A stretch of DNA of 63,840 nt, counting the filler, from Folioceros fuciformis (Eukaryota), in assembly GCA_049999805.1 (NCBI GenBank). It is 10 parts of 10 records of this genome, joined end to end, with 100 filler letters (N's around TTAATTAATTAA, not from the genome) between each part and the next. Parts side by side here need not be neighbours in the genome. Positions count along the whole stretch, not along the records: positions 34,385 to 41,376 come from JBNGIO010004024.1; positions 41,477 to 47,435 come from JBNGIO010004025.1; positions 47,536 to 51,385 come from JBNGIO010004026.1; 7 more parts are not named here. One strand, 5' to 3'. This document shows, one piece after another, positions 37,972-50,093 of the stretch (position 1 is the stretch's first letter; each line of letters begins with the position of its first letter). The position numbers and the translations under genes were made by a program. The notes below the pieces were generated by a model. The model searched no databases and was not told the DNA's origin. It saw nothing but the letters and a program-made list of their open reading frames with translations.

Positions 37972-38175
37972 GATTCAGGCTTCTTTACGCTCCTCATGAG
38001 TCTCTCTCCCTCTCGCGCGCTCTTGCACTTGTAGTGCCTGTTGCGGCTTCCTACGCCGCCTACACCACTACGCCTCCTGCGCCTCTCAATGGCTTGCGTT
38101 GCCAGCCACCTTCACGCTCACGGCCATAGCCTCAAACCCCCGCCATAGCCACCGGTGGTACCGGCACTCTCTCTG

Positions 38176-38438
38176 CCTCTGATACCATGTTGAAATAGCA
38201 CCACAGGCTTAGAAGGACTCCACAGTTCCTTACTTATGGTGCACAAGATGCTACATATATAGTCTTCAGGCGGGGCAACCCTCGATAAGGTAAGCCTTAG
38301 TCTCGAGGGTACAATATCCTAGTATATCCTGATAACACTTAGGTGATAGATAACTACGAGTTCAATATGGGATAATCTACACTATCCTAAGTGTTGTATG
38401 CTCTTAATAACAATTAAGTTAGAGCTTGATTTCTAACA
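38176..38438 (-). mobile_element. Complete 5' LTR family B (38188-38438) with tRNA-iMet PBS
   Basis: Minus strand TGTTAGAA...TTCAACA followed directly by TGGTATCAGAGG. Confidence 0.94.
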
Positions 38439-39540
38439 CCTCTTCTGCTTGGTGGGGGCTTCTTCCTCTGAGCTGTCCGTGCCTCCTGACTCCCGGCTGC
38501 TGGAGTCGGCTTGCTTTGCTTCCAGAAGCTTCCACTTCACCTCCCTAAGTGGCTTCCACATATGCAAGGAGGCAATCACCTCAACTTCAGGCAGGAGGTT
38601 AGCATAATAGTACGTATGCACGAGGAAGGGAGAAATCATACAAGGGCGAGGGGAGGCCGAGGCCAAGTTCTGCCTCTCCTTACTCATCTTGTCATACATG
38701 ATCCTGCCCCAGTCCACCTTACTGCCCTTAACGACTTCATGCACAAATAGGAGCATCTGGTCAGACAGGTAGTCCTGCTGCCGAATCTACAAAAAACACA
38801 AAAACCGCCTCGCCAGGCCCATCAGCTGGGTAGTCGCCATGTCCCGAATTAGCCACCCATTGGCTTCTCTTCCAGTGCCAACCTTGAACAGCGCCACAGC
38901 AGCTGCTACGGTGCTGCGCTTCTTCATGGACTCCAGCACGAGTCCGCCATCCTCCTCCTGGTTGCGTCCATACACTTGCCGCATTAGCTCCAGGTTCCAG
39001 TCGTGCAGCCTTCCTCGAATTCCCTCTTCCCTGAGTGGCACCCTCAACCTCTGAGGGCACTCCCGAACCAGCCCAGGGGCTACGTGATTCCACCTATGAG
39101 CCATGAACCCGAGGCCTAGCTCCTCCACCAGCCCTCCGGCTCTAACCCGCCAGTGTTCCATGTTTGGCTAGAAGGCCAACTCCACCCTCGGAACGGGAGG
39201 TTGCTCCTCCTCTCCAGCCGCTGCCTCCCTTGCCGGCGACGCCACGATGTTCTCCTGCCTCTTCTTGCCTTGCCTCCGCGTAGTCTCGATTGCCCGCTGC
39301 TCTTCTTTCGCTCCGCTCCACTGCAGCTGCGCCTGCTCTTGCTCCCAGCCAAAGTCGCACTCCGCTTCTACTTCCGCTTCCACTCCTCGACCTCGCAGTC
39401 ACACTCCTGTTCGAATCGCAACTAAATCCTCTGACTTCCTAGGGTTTTATACTGGCCAAGCCGTCCCTGTTCCACTACCACCTGCTGCACTACCACCTGT
39501 TGGCCTTCCACGACGGTGGTTCAGCTTCTACCACCGTCGC
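38439..39540 (-). mobile_element. Decayed repeat-associated ORF of unknown family (probable continuation at 35449-35942)
   Basis: EHWRVRAGGLVEELGLGFM..EVVKGSKVDWGRI; clear paralogue at 60440-61310. Confidence 0.6.
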
Positions 39541-39693
39541 TGAGTCACGACATCCCAGTTTTCTAGCCTAAGTCCACAACTACCTACCCCTAGNNNNNNN
39601 NNNNNNNNNNNNNNNNNNNNNNNNNNNNNNNNNNNNNNNNNNNNNNNNNNNNNNNNNNNNNNNNNNNNNNNNNNNNNNNNNNNNNNNNNNNNN

Positions 39694-41376
39694 TATATAG
39701 ACCCCCTGGTACCCCCTGCCTACCAAAGGCCAAGGACACTCCTGATCTTTCCCGTTTGTGAAAGTAGTTGATGCTTTATGTATTTCTTAGCTGTTAGAAA
39801 TGTGAAACGATTTATTTAGCGAGTTAGCTATCCAACGGCCAACCGCCTTCCTATGTAATGGATTCATTCTATCAATAGAAGTGTGTGTTCGTGTGAAAGC
39901 GCTGTCGCTCATGGTATCAGAGCCTCAACAGGCAATCTGGGCCATGTTGTGAATCTAGCATACCTATCATCACCGACAACCTCTTGCATCTATAAGTGCT
40001 GCTGCGCAATTATGTCACATGATGCATTTAGCTGGACTCGAAGTCACGGATCACGAAGAACTCCAAGAACTTACGATCTTGATTGGCTCACACGGGCTGA
40101 AGAGTTCAACCGTACCTAGAGCCAGCAACAGCAGCACAGACGCTTTTTGAATACAGAGCATGTTGTCCTTCTGGTCATGCAAGGGAAAGCTCTCTAGATC
40201 AGCAGGCAATCCAAGATCTCGAGGTCAAGGTGGATCGGTTGCTAGAATTGACATACCTGACTAGGTCCGAGGCAATTCATGAAGGCAGGCATCATGGAGC
40301 CCGCTGTCTTCAACTCGAGGACTTAGTTGATGCTGTGGACGCCGTAAGAAACACCTTCTGCAAATCTTTGGAACAGATTAACACTCTGTTATCACAGCTA
40401 TCGAAGCCGTCAGAATCCCGCACACGAGCCTGTTCGGAATCAGATCACAAGCCAGAGTCGGAGATGCGTGCACCTACCTCAGCCGATCCTGACATAAGTC
40501 TGAGATTGTAGACGCGCATGAGCACGCCCCCGACTCCATCGCCTCTTCCACCTACACCTCCCAAGCACACTATTAGAATACCAAGGAGAAGAGGAATGGC
40601 GACGGTCAATAACAACTACACAACCTTCGATTTTGAAAGAAAGGACATGTTCTCAAGGAAAGACTTCGAAATTTGGGCTGCAAGGCTCAAATCTATATTA
40701 GAAGATCAAGAGATTTGGGGACATGTCACAAGTCAAACGGCTAGACCAGTCCCCGCAGATCTTGACGTCCCACAGTAGCTAAAACCCGGGACATTACGGC
40801 CTAGGATAAGGATGAACAAAAAGCTAGAACAATTCTCATGCAAGCCCTGTCATCCGAAACCATGCATCACATGCTCAGTACAACCACAGCAAAGGAGGCC
40901 TGGGATCAAATCCAGGATAGCTATGCATCAAAAGACACTGTATCGCTAGTAATGGCAACTCAAAACTTTTACCACCTCAAAATGACAGATGCAGATACGG
41001 TCGAGAAGCATGTGACTCAGTTCAGGGTGAATCGCTCCAAGCTAGCCACCTTGGGGACAAATGTAACTGAGGAACACGCTGCTGTTATATTACTTTCCTC
41101 CCTACCACCCTCTTGGTCTGCGTTCATCACCTCACAACAAGGCAGAGCAAATTTAACCGTAACGATGGTTATCTCAGCCATGTATCAACATGAGAATACA
41201 AAGAAGTTAACTGGAGTAAATAATACCTCTGAGGGAGGAGGTGCCTTGTTTACGAGAGGCCGGTTTCAGAAGGGTAGGAAATCTTGGCAGCAGAACAGGG
41301 AAAACCAGCAGTTTGGTTCAAGTAATCCAAATTTCAACAAACGAGGATTCAAGTGCTCATACTGCAAAAAGCCGGG
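39694..41376 (+). mobile_element. Copia 5' end: LTR 3' part, PBS (39912-39923), long leader, gag up to zinc knuckle
   Basis: ..GCTCA TGGTATCAGAGC; FEIWAARLKSILEDQEIW; TAKEAWD; LLSSLPPSW; CSYCKKPG. Confidence 0.92.
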
Positions 41377-42628
41377 NNNNNNNNNNNNNNNNNNNNNNNN
41401 NNNNNNNNNNNNNNNNNNNNTTAATTAATTAANNNNNNNNNNNNNNNNNNNNNNNNNNNNNNNNNNNNNNNNNNNNCTAAGGTGCACACTATGTAAATGT
41501 TGCTAAATCTTCAATCTTGATCACTTATATATTTAGAGAGGGTTTGATTGAATCATCGGCAACTAGGTAGCAGGCATGTTAAGGTGAAAGGATAGCTGAT
41601 AAGGAAGACTAGAACTAGTAGAAGGTCTGAATCTAAGCTCCGCTGTTATACAATCTTGTACCTAGCAATCATTAGGCCAACCTTCGCTGGAGCTAAGCTT
41701 TCTTGCCCTGCAAGTTGTACTAATAAGTTTGGATAGCCATACTAGTGAGTTTGGCTAGGAGTAGATGGAAGCTTTGCAAATTGTACCTAGCAATGGTAAC
41801 AAGGCTGCAAGTTAATCAAGTACAAGTACTATGACGAAAATGCCATCTTGGTGGACTTCAATAGAAATCCTTCTTTTTCCTTTCGGCACCAGGCCCATGA
41901 GGATTTCTATTGTCTTTCGGCACTGAACCCAAGCGGCATTAAGGTAACAAACACACAAACTCTTAGAGAGTAACACCCCCTTGAGTGGGGTGGGGAAAAA
42001 CCGCGCTGTTAGAAGCAAAAAAAGGAGTGAAAATTCAACCAACACAACACTAAGCCTCCAAGTAGCCTACCCTCCTCTCCTAGGAAGACTCGTAGACAAC
42101 ACCCTTGCCACTGCTCTTGATTTCATAACCATGAGTCAACAAGAAACATACACAGCCAGAGGGGTAGAGAGAATTGCCCATCTTTGCCTAAGTTAGGAGT
42201 TTAGTTCTTCTTCACTTGACCTCCTTGACAAAGCTCCTTCACAACACACCCTTAGAGTGACAGCCCAAACAACAAGGGCTCTCAAGGCATAGCCTAAGTA
42301 TCTAGTGCTCTCAAGACTTTGAAGGGATATTGAATTATCCTTAGTTCTAAGCTACCACACACTTCCTAGGGCTGCATGTTTATTCTTAATAAGATACTAA
42401 ACATGCTTTTGAACGGAGCTGTTTTGCATGGCACTCGAACCAGCTTTGTTACTTGGAGTGTGGTTTGGTAAGTAGTGCGCTTATAACTGCTTATTTGAGG
42501 GTTTACATAAACATGCATGGTACATACATGGCATAAACATACATGGTACATACATAATAAAGCCTCCGAGCTAATAACAGAACCGTAGGATCGGCATGCC
42601 AGCATATTGATACTACACAGCAGAAAGT

Positions 42629-42844
42629 CATGCAATCTGTTGTGGGCTATGAACAAGTCTTGGCTGTCTCCGTAGACGCTGTTTCTTGCAATCAGGGGGT
42701 TCCCGGGCAAATCAGGCTATCCCTCAAACATGTCACCATGCAATCTGTTGTGGGCTATGAACAAGTCTTGGCTGTCTCCGTAGACGCTGTTTCTTGCAAC
42801 CAGGGGGTTCCCGGGCAAATCAGGCTATCCCTCAAACATGTCAC
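42629..42844. repeat. Near-perfect 108-bp tandem duplication
   Basis: 36-aa unit repeated in ORF 42630-42848; one nucleotide mismatch seen. Confidence 0.93.
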
Positions 42845-43520
42845 TTAAACTGCCAGCAAGCAAACCATTTTAGGGCCTATTTCTTCCATCTGTGCAGGTA
42901 GCTCCCTTACCAGATCTATAGCCAAAACGGAAACATCTGAAAATGGCTGCAGGAAACATACGAAACTCGTGAAATGGGGTCCAGTCATGCCCTTTTCTTC
43001 TGAAATACTCTCGGTGCAACTTCCAAGTTCCACACGTAGCATTATTGCGTATCTACCAAAGTGCGGTNNNNNNNNNNNNNNNNNNNNNNNNNNNNNNNNN
43101 NNNNNNNNNNNNNNNNNNNNNNNNNNNNNNNNNNNNNNNNNNNNNNNNNNNNNNNNNNNNNNNNNNNTGCCTGCACAACGCAAACACTTGCTCCACATTT
43201 GGGTGCGGACAGGAAGTTCTTTTTTGCATAGCCCTGTAGAGTGGAGTTCCTGGCCCATGCCCTGCGGGAAATAATACCCAAGATTAAAGTAATGCAAGTC
43301 ACCAGTCTGCAGGCCCCAGTTCGGAAACCTTGTGGCGAGTCGGTCAAACTGTACCTACTGAGCTGGTGGTACAGGAAAGAAAGTTACTTTTTATTAAAAC
43401 CTGAGCAGCACAGCAATTGTGACAGACTTACAGAGCGACTGCCGGCTTTAGTTATGTACAGGCACCGTTTGTGTGGATCAAGACCAAGAGCACTAGAAAC
43501 CAATCCAAAGAGAGGCTAGG

Positions 43521-44593
43521 CTACATAGCTTCGGTAAGCCCCACATCTTCAAGAAGACACACACCAAACCATCCCGCAATCACCTTGAATACGCCAGACG
43601 ACCCCGGTAACCAGCGGGCCACGTAGGGGAAAGCGGGGCAAGCCAAAGTCCCCAGTACGAACCAGTTGAAGCTCATGAGAGCAATTGCTTCAAATCCGTG
43701 TTTAGCTTCCATCGTAGTGAGGAAGTGAATGACATTAGCCAAGGACACGGCCACCACGGAGAAGAGGGCAACGACCAGGGGCATACACGGATCCTGAGCT
43801 TCCCACACTATGAGTGACACCAGCAAGGCTAGAGCTGCACTGAACAAGCTGGACGCCATAGCGTTATCCCTTCCCTGCAACACGAGGGTATCATCCAACT
43901 TTGCGGACAGACTGCTCAAGGGGACCAAGGCCTGTCCCTCCCCTTCCATACTCTCCTTGTGGCGGTGAGCCTCATCCTTCTGCGCCTCAGCCTTGAGCTG
44001 CTGCCGCTTCCTGGCCTCATCCAGCTTTCGATTCTCCACCACCAGCTCCTCCTCCTGAAGGCAATCCAATCCAATCCATGAGCATGAGCCTGCAGCTCGC
44101 AGGCAGCAGACAGAAATTCAGGGTATCTCAGCTAGGGCACCGGGCCAACTTACACGGATGATGAGGAATCTGAGCTTATCGCAACATTTCTTCCTCTCAA
44201 CCACCACCAGGTCCAGGGCCTCTTGGACGCGCTGCCGATCCTTGGAGACCTCAATCAGCTTCCTCTCCAATTCCCTATTCTGCTCCAGAAGCTGGTCGCC
44301 ATAAGTCTGCGTGAGCAGCAGTTCGTCCTCCACCTGTGTGAATCAGGTGATCATGAGTAACCTCCGAGATCCTGCACCAAAGCCAAGGCACAAACATGAT
44401 GATCACAAACCAGCTTCAATCTGTTGGCTGCGGCCACGATCCGAAGCGGCGCGAAGACAACCCGGATGGCGGAGTTAAGAAACAGCAGCCAGGCCGAAAC
44501 ATAGAAGCGCAAGGCGCCAACCACGAAGCTCCGGAAGGGCCGCGTCACTGCCGCGATGGCATGAAAGCAGATGGAACAGAGCAGGAATATCAT
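43521..44593 (-). CDS. Conserved plant coiled-coil plus C-terminal transmembrane protein of unknown function, 3 exons
   Basis: SLFSAALALLVSLIVWEAQDPCMPLVVALFSVV..SFNWFVLGTL matches, from memory, an uncharacterised plant family (At5g45310-like); exons about 44593-44411, 44333-44154, 44089-43521. Confidence 0.75.
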
Positions 44594-45394
44594 TCCTCCG
44601 CGGTGATCAGTAGAGGAAAGCGGGATGCTGAGGGCGCCGCCTCCTCCTTGGCCAACAACACAGGTAACAGAGGCCAAGGCAGCAGAGGGAGCACCAAAAG
44701 AGCGGCCCTCGCATGGATGCCGATCACGGATGTGCCCTCAACAGAGCATCGTAGGATATAGGAATTGTCCAAGTGTCGAGGGATTCAAGATTTGTTGCCA
44801 CTGCGAGGTTGCACCAAAGGCACGGCGGCAACTGCCGCCGCCACGGCATGGGATCTGGATACACTCTGACACGTTGGCTCCAGAGCCGGGAGGCCGAACT
44901 GGCAGTCACTCCCTTGTGATTGACATGTAGAGGCCTCATTTCCGGACATCTGGCTTGCTTTGAGTCGTGAGCAAATTAATTTGCGCGTCGGGCGATTCCT
45001 CTCCTCGAGTTCTGCCTTCCAGATGTAGAAAGTTGTGCGTTGTGCTACAGGCATGTGCAATGTGCTTTGGCCTTGTCACTGTGAGGTTGGCTTTGGAACC
45101 GACTCCATGCAGTTGCTTCGTCCTGTGTTCAGAGCTTGGGAGCGATGGCGAGATTACCTTCCGCGCGCGACCGGGGGTCCCAAGGCGGGAGAGGCCGCGC
45201 GGCCCTAGCCGCTCGTGCCGATGCGGTTGCAGTTGGTATTCCTGCTTCGGCTGGTGTTGTTGCTGCTGACCATGCCGTCGGTACCATTGCGAGTGGCGTC
45301 GCTGTATTTGTTGATCGCGCGACCGGTGGCGGACGGGAAGGAGATAGAGGTTGTGGAGGAGCTAGCAGTGCTGGCCGGGAATAGGGATCTGGAA

Positions 45395-46603
45395 GCGGTC
45401 CGGGCCAAGATATTGATCAAGCCCATCGTGAACGACAACGAGCGGCAACCCTCGTCTACTAGGCGCAGGAACGGGCTAACGAAGAAGATGGAGGAGCTGG
45501 GGCCACTCTGCGCCGTGGAGGTGTGCCTCATTTGCCACGACGCCAACAAGGGCACCGACAAGCACAATCATACTCAGAATGCACTACGTGCCTGGGGAAA
45601 CCCAGTGACGAAGATGTAATCAGTCCTTACAAAGCCATCCCCAAGGAGGAGCGGGACAAGAGGAAGATGGACAACACGTCTATGCTGGAGTCGCTCATCC
45701 AGAAGCACGTAAGCGAGCTGAGGCAGGTGGGACACATTCGGGCCTGGGGTGAGAATTTGTTTCCATGGTTGTGGTTGCTGCTGCCGCTGCTGTTCTGACG
45801 CTGGGCACCTGGTGGATGCAGTTACGCGAAACGAATTACAAGCTGATAAAGGACAAGCGGTGCTACGTTCGGGGCTACTAAGTGTTCAGACAGTTCAAAC
45901 GTTTCGCAGCTGTGGTATCGGATGGATGAGGTAAAGCGGAAGTGCGACCTTGTTACCACAAAGCTGGCGTACACTCACGGTGAGGAACAGGCGAGGCTCC
46001 AGATCCAGCAGGCGAGCCGTGCGCGTGCGATTGGCAGTGCGTGTCTGCTGCAGATGTTGTTCGAGGTTGGGAGACAACAATGTGTGCAGACGGCCTGGAC
46101 ACAGATGATGTTGGCGCGGTACCGATGCTAGCACTGGATCGGAGTTGACTGGTGCGGATTCCGGATTCACATCTCCCGGGCACCAGAATTATCCTTAGAT
46201 GCCTCAGGGTCTCGACTTAAGCAAACTGTGGCACATACAGCAGCAATCCTTTTGGACTTCCTCCTCCGGCCTGCATGCACAGCAGCAGTGGCTTGCACCC
46301 GAGAGTTATTCATGGGAGAATAAGGAGGGACACACGCCTACTCTAATGCTGTATAATCGAATTGAGCATCAGAATCTGCTGTTCACGCTCCGACTGAACC
46401 AGCAACAGCTTCGTGCAAAGCAACAACACCGACTGGTGCTGCTGGAACGCCGACAGAAGCAAAACCAGCACCGACAGCAGCAGCAGCGTGCGAGCCAACA
46501 GCAAGAAGACAAGGAAGATCAGCAAAGTCTAAACCGTCTTTTGCAAGAACAATTGCACCGTGGTTGGCAACAACAGCTCCAGGCTAGTAACAGCCAAGTC
46601 TGA
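45395..46603 (+). pseudogene. Type I MADS-box gene, disrupted, with Q-rich tail
   Basis: VRAKILIKPIVNDNERQPSSTRRRNGLTKKMEELGPLCAVEVCLIC; GCG at expected ATG; frameshift near 45600 into EDVISPYKAIPKEERDKRKMD. Confidence 0.78.
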
Positions 46604-47899
46604 ACTTTGGTTGGCAGGCACAGTGCAATATCAGCCGATCGTCAAGAGCTCTTTGCTAGAAGAACTGCAACATCAGCAAAGTTTCTAAGCGTAGGAACGT
46701 TTCAAGCGTGGTTTGCAAGAACATCAGCCAAGTCTGAAGTGGCAACAGCAGATGCAGCATTTCGAGCAGGAGTCTAGATAGCTGCCAAACCAGATCCTGT
46801 CCAACTTCATGTTTACAACCCTGCTGAGCACGAGTACGCAGATCTAGATTGCATTGACTGGGCAAGTTTTGATGATGCTGTCTCGGAATTCAAGTGGCTA
46901 ATGAGTTGGGACCAGCTTCCTCTGACATTATTTTAGAGGTCTTGCCAATGCTTTCTTCTTCTTTTGCATAGTTGAGTACGGATTTCGCCACTTGGAAGAG
47001 ACGAGTATGTCTTTCTCAGCTGAATTTTCGAGGAACTAATTTCTCGGTCAAAATATTTGAGGAGCATTAGCACGGTCGGGGTGTATTAGTGTGCATATTA
47101 CATCTAGGTCTAGGTAGATGCTGGACTAGAAGGAGATGGAGGAGAGAAGAGGAGCGAAAGAAAGCAATACAGTAGGTGTAAAGAAGCAAAAAGCGATCAT
47201 CTCACTGTCCAAAATCCAGAGGGAACCACGAGAACATGACATTTTGGGAAAGGCGGGTTGTTGTGGATACGAGCCTGTTCCTCGGAGGTTTGATGACGCG
47301 CAGGCGACAGAGAGCTTGGAGAGGGCGATGGGACTGCAGGAAGGGGACCCGGGTGCCGCACCCGCCACAGCCACGCTCACAGCTTACGAATTGCTACTAG
47401 CAGCAGGGATCAAAGAGGAAGGGCTGGTACCGGATNNNNNNNNNNNNNNNNNNNNNNNNNNNNNNNNNNNNNNNNNNNNTTAATTAATTAANNNNNNNNN
47501 NNNNNNNNNNNNNNNNNNNNNNNNNNNNNNNNNNNGACAGTGCTTGCATTGGGTGGGGAAAGCTTACGCATCAACCTACAATTAGCTGACATGGTGGAAA
47601 TTAGCTGACATGGTAGCAGTGGATGAGGATAAGGATGTGGATGCGTGGTCGAGTCTCAAGAAGGTTGGAGAACCTCTGCTGGACAGTACGTGGTGGCGGT
47701 TTGGGGTGACTAAAGTCATGGACGCAGAAGGAAATAAGCAGCATGGCTATGCCGTGAGTCAGGAAAAACGCAGAGGGACTTGTACTGAGGTGCCCCGTAT
47801 GTGCAAAGTTTGCTACAGGTTATCCGGTGGTGAAGGTCCTTAGAAGCGTAGGTCTCTCAAGGGCGAGGGTTGCTTGGTTGGTGAATGAAGTTTCGTGGT

Positions 47900-48135
47900 G
47901 AAGGACTTTACAAGTGTAGGACTGTGATAAGCGCCGATGGTTTCTTGGTTGGTGAGCTCAGTGGCTTGGTGAGTGTCTTTACCAGTGTAGGTGTATGAAA
48001 GGCGCCGATGGTTGCTTGGTTGGTGAGCTCTGTGGCTTGGTGAGTGTCTTTACAAGTGTAGGTGTATGAAAGGCGCCGATGGTTGCTTGGTTGGTGAGCG
48101 CAGTGGCTTGGTGAGCGCAGTGTCTTGGTGAGTAA
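47900..48135. repeat. Tandem repeat of about 70 bp, about 3 copies
   Basis: gcgccgatgg..cttggttggtgagc..gtggcttggtgag recurs. Confidence 0.88.
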
Positions 48136-49740
48136 AGGTCTGGGAAAGGAGAGGGTTGGGCGGTGAGAGTTCCTGAGGTGAAACGACATCCCTGAAATCT
48201 TGCTGGCTATAGCCGGACTATAAATGGCCATACACGTCGCAGCGGCTTCATTCGAGGCTTGCATCCGGAACTTGCAGCTGCGAATGACGGGCAGTGCAAA
48301 GCGGTGCACATGACATGTTTCACGAAAGAGTGTCAAGCGCAAGTAGAATTTGGAGGTGATGCAGAACCGCTAAAAGCTTTCAAGAAGGATGCAACTTGGT
48401 TGCAACTAGTATGGAAAGGCAGAGAATCGAATAGAGGCACCAGCACCGGTTTCACTGGTAGGAGCAGCTGCCCTAGGAGCAGGAGGATGGCTATTAAGGA
48501 GGTGCCTTATGTGCACGCAAGCAGCTGCATGTGGCTAGATTAGCCATGGGGAGGCATTAAAGAAAATGTGCGTGTTTGTCGTTTGTCGACCAGTGACGGG
48601 AGTCTCATATGTACCGAAGGTTTGTACAAGAAGGTGCAAAGGTGAGGCATGAAGTACAAGGATTGAGCGTCGTGTCAACGGGGTGCGCAGTGTTCTGCTA
48701 TAAGAGCAAAGCTCAAGGCGCAAGGGAGGGCGAGGTAGCAGCACATTCTCTCGGAGTCAGGTCTGCTGCTCTGCGCTCCACCAGGAAATGGAATGCCTCC
48801 TCAGCGGTGGAGACACAAACTTGCCTGCCCTGATGTACGCAGATGCAGGATATCGGGGTCGGGGTCGGGCTGCAAGAACGGAGCGTGAGAGACAGACGGT
48901 CACTGGCAGGCACGATCGGGCATTGGCTATGTGCATTCTCTGAAACACCATGTTCCACTGCTCCTCTTGCAGCAGTGCTTGACTCCGTGCAAGCGGTGAG
49001 TGATTTCACCGCCCGAAACCAGCTCACTGTCTGACTGCAAGAGCAAATGCTTGCGCACATGCCATGCGGTGGAAAGTTCAAAACCGAGAGCCTGCAGCAG
49101 CAAACCAGCCTAGCTCAAGACAATCAATTCGCTCAAGGATTGCCCAGATCCTGCTCCAGCCCACTGACAGAGGTAGACGTACCTGTTCAGGAATGTGTCG
49201 TATGATTTGCTTCACCTCCAGGTAACCAGTCTGCCGCCTATGGTTCGTTCCTATGTCCCGAGGTTGTGTGCCAGGAGCAAACATGCCATCGCCTCCATGA
49301 AAGTAGAGTACTGCCATCGCCTCCATTTTCGTGGTTGTATTGTTTCATCTTCAATCGGTTTCTGCACGTCTCGACCGGCAGCCTAACATCTGTGTGGTGC
49401 TTGCTTGGATGCATAGGATGTGATCGACATTAAGGCTGGGAGGGAAAGGGTGATACCATCACCGTCCTCAGCATGATAATTCCCCAGGCTCCGCCACCAG
49501 GTTCTGCTGTGTGACGGGAAGATTGTGTATGCTGACAGTGCTATCCTGTATTCATTTTAGATATGTAAAACAGGTAAGCGATTGAATCAGCTGGGTGATC
49601 AACAACCATGATTGATTTCGGACTTCCAACAGTTACCCTTAGTCTTACCGCGAGATCAAGAATGCTTCCTCTGGAAGGCTCTGGAATCGTGGCAGTCACT
49701 GTGCACGCGTAAATTGTTGGTTATCACCGGTGGTGTGTCC

Positions 49741-50093
49741 CTAGGAATATTGAGAAGACCAAACCCCTAGAGCTATCATCTCAGCATGACAAGCCCACCG
49801 TATTACCCCGAGGTCCTCACACGACAACAGCATCTTCTCAGCCTCATCTAAATGGTGTGCGCGACCAAGAAGATCAATCATGCAATTTGCAATGCTCAAG
49901 AGTGCGCTTGGTGCCATGTTGTTCAGCCATGGAATCAAAGTGCCTGCGACCGTAGTGGACCAGTCCGTCATGATTGCATGCTGCTAAAAGGCTAGTAAAA
50001 GTAGCATGATGAGGCCGAATACCGGCACCTAGAATCTCCTCAAAACACCCTACGCCCTTACCACCTCCGTCACAGGGACCATACCCAGATGTC
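49741..50093 (-). pseudogene. PLS-class PPR C-terminal fragment with frameshifts
   Basis: IRPHHATFTSLLAACNHDGLVHYGRRHFDSM..LEH / CMIDLLGRAHHLDEAEKML. Confidence 0.85.

Noticed and set aside
47136-49400. Short ORFs
   Set aside because: No recognisable domain or consistent exon structure
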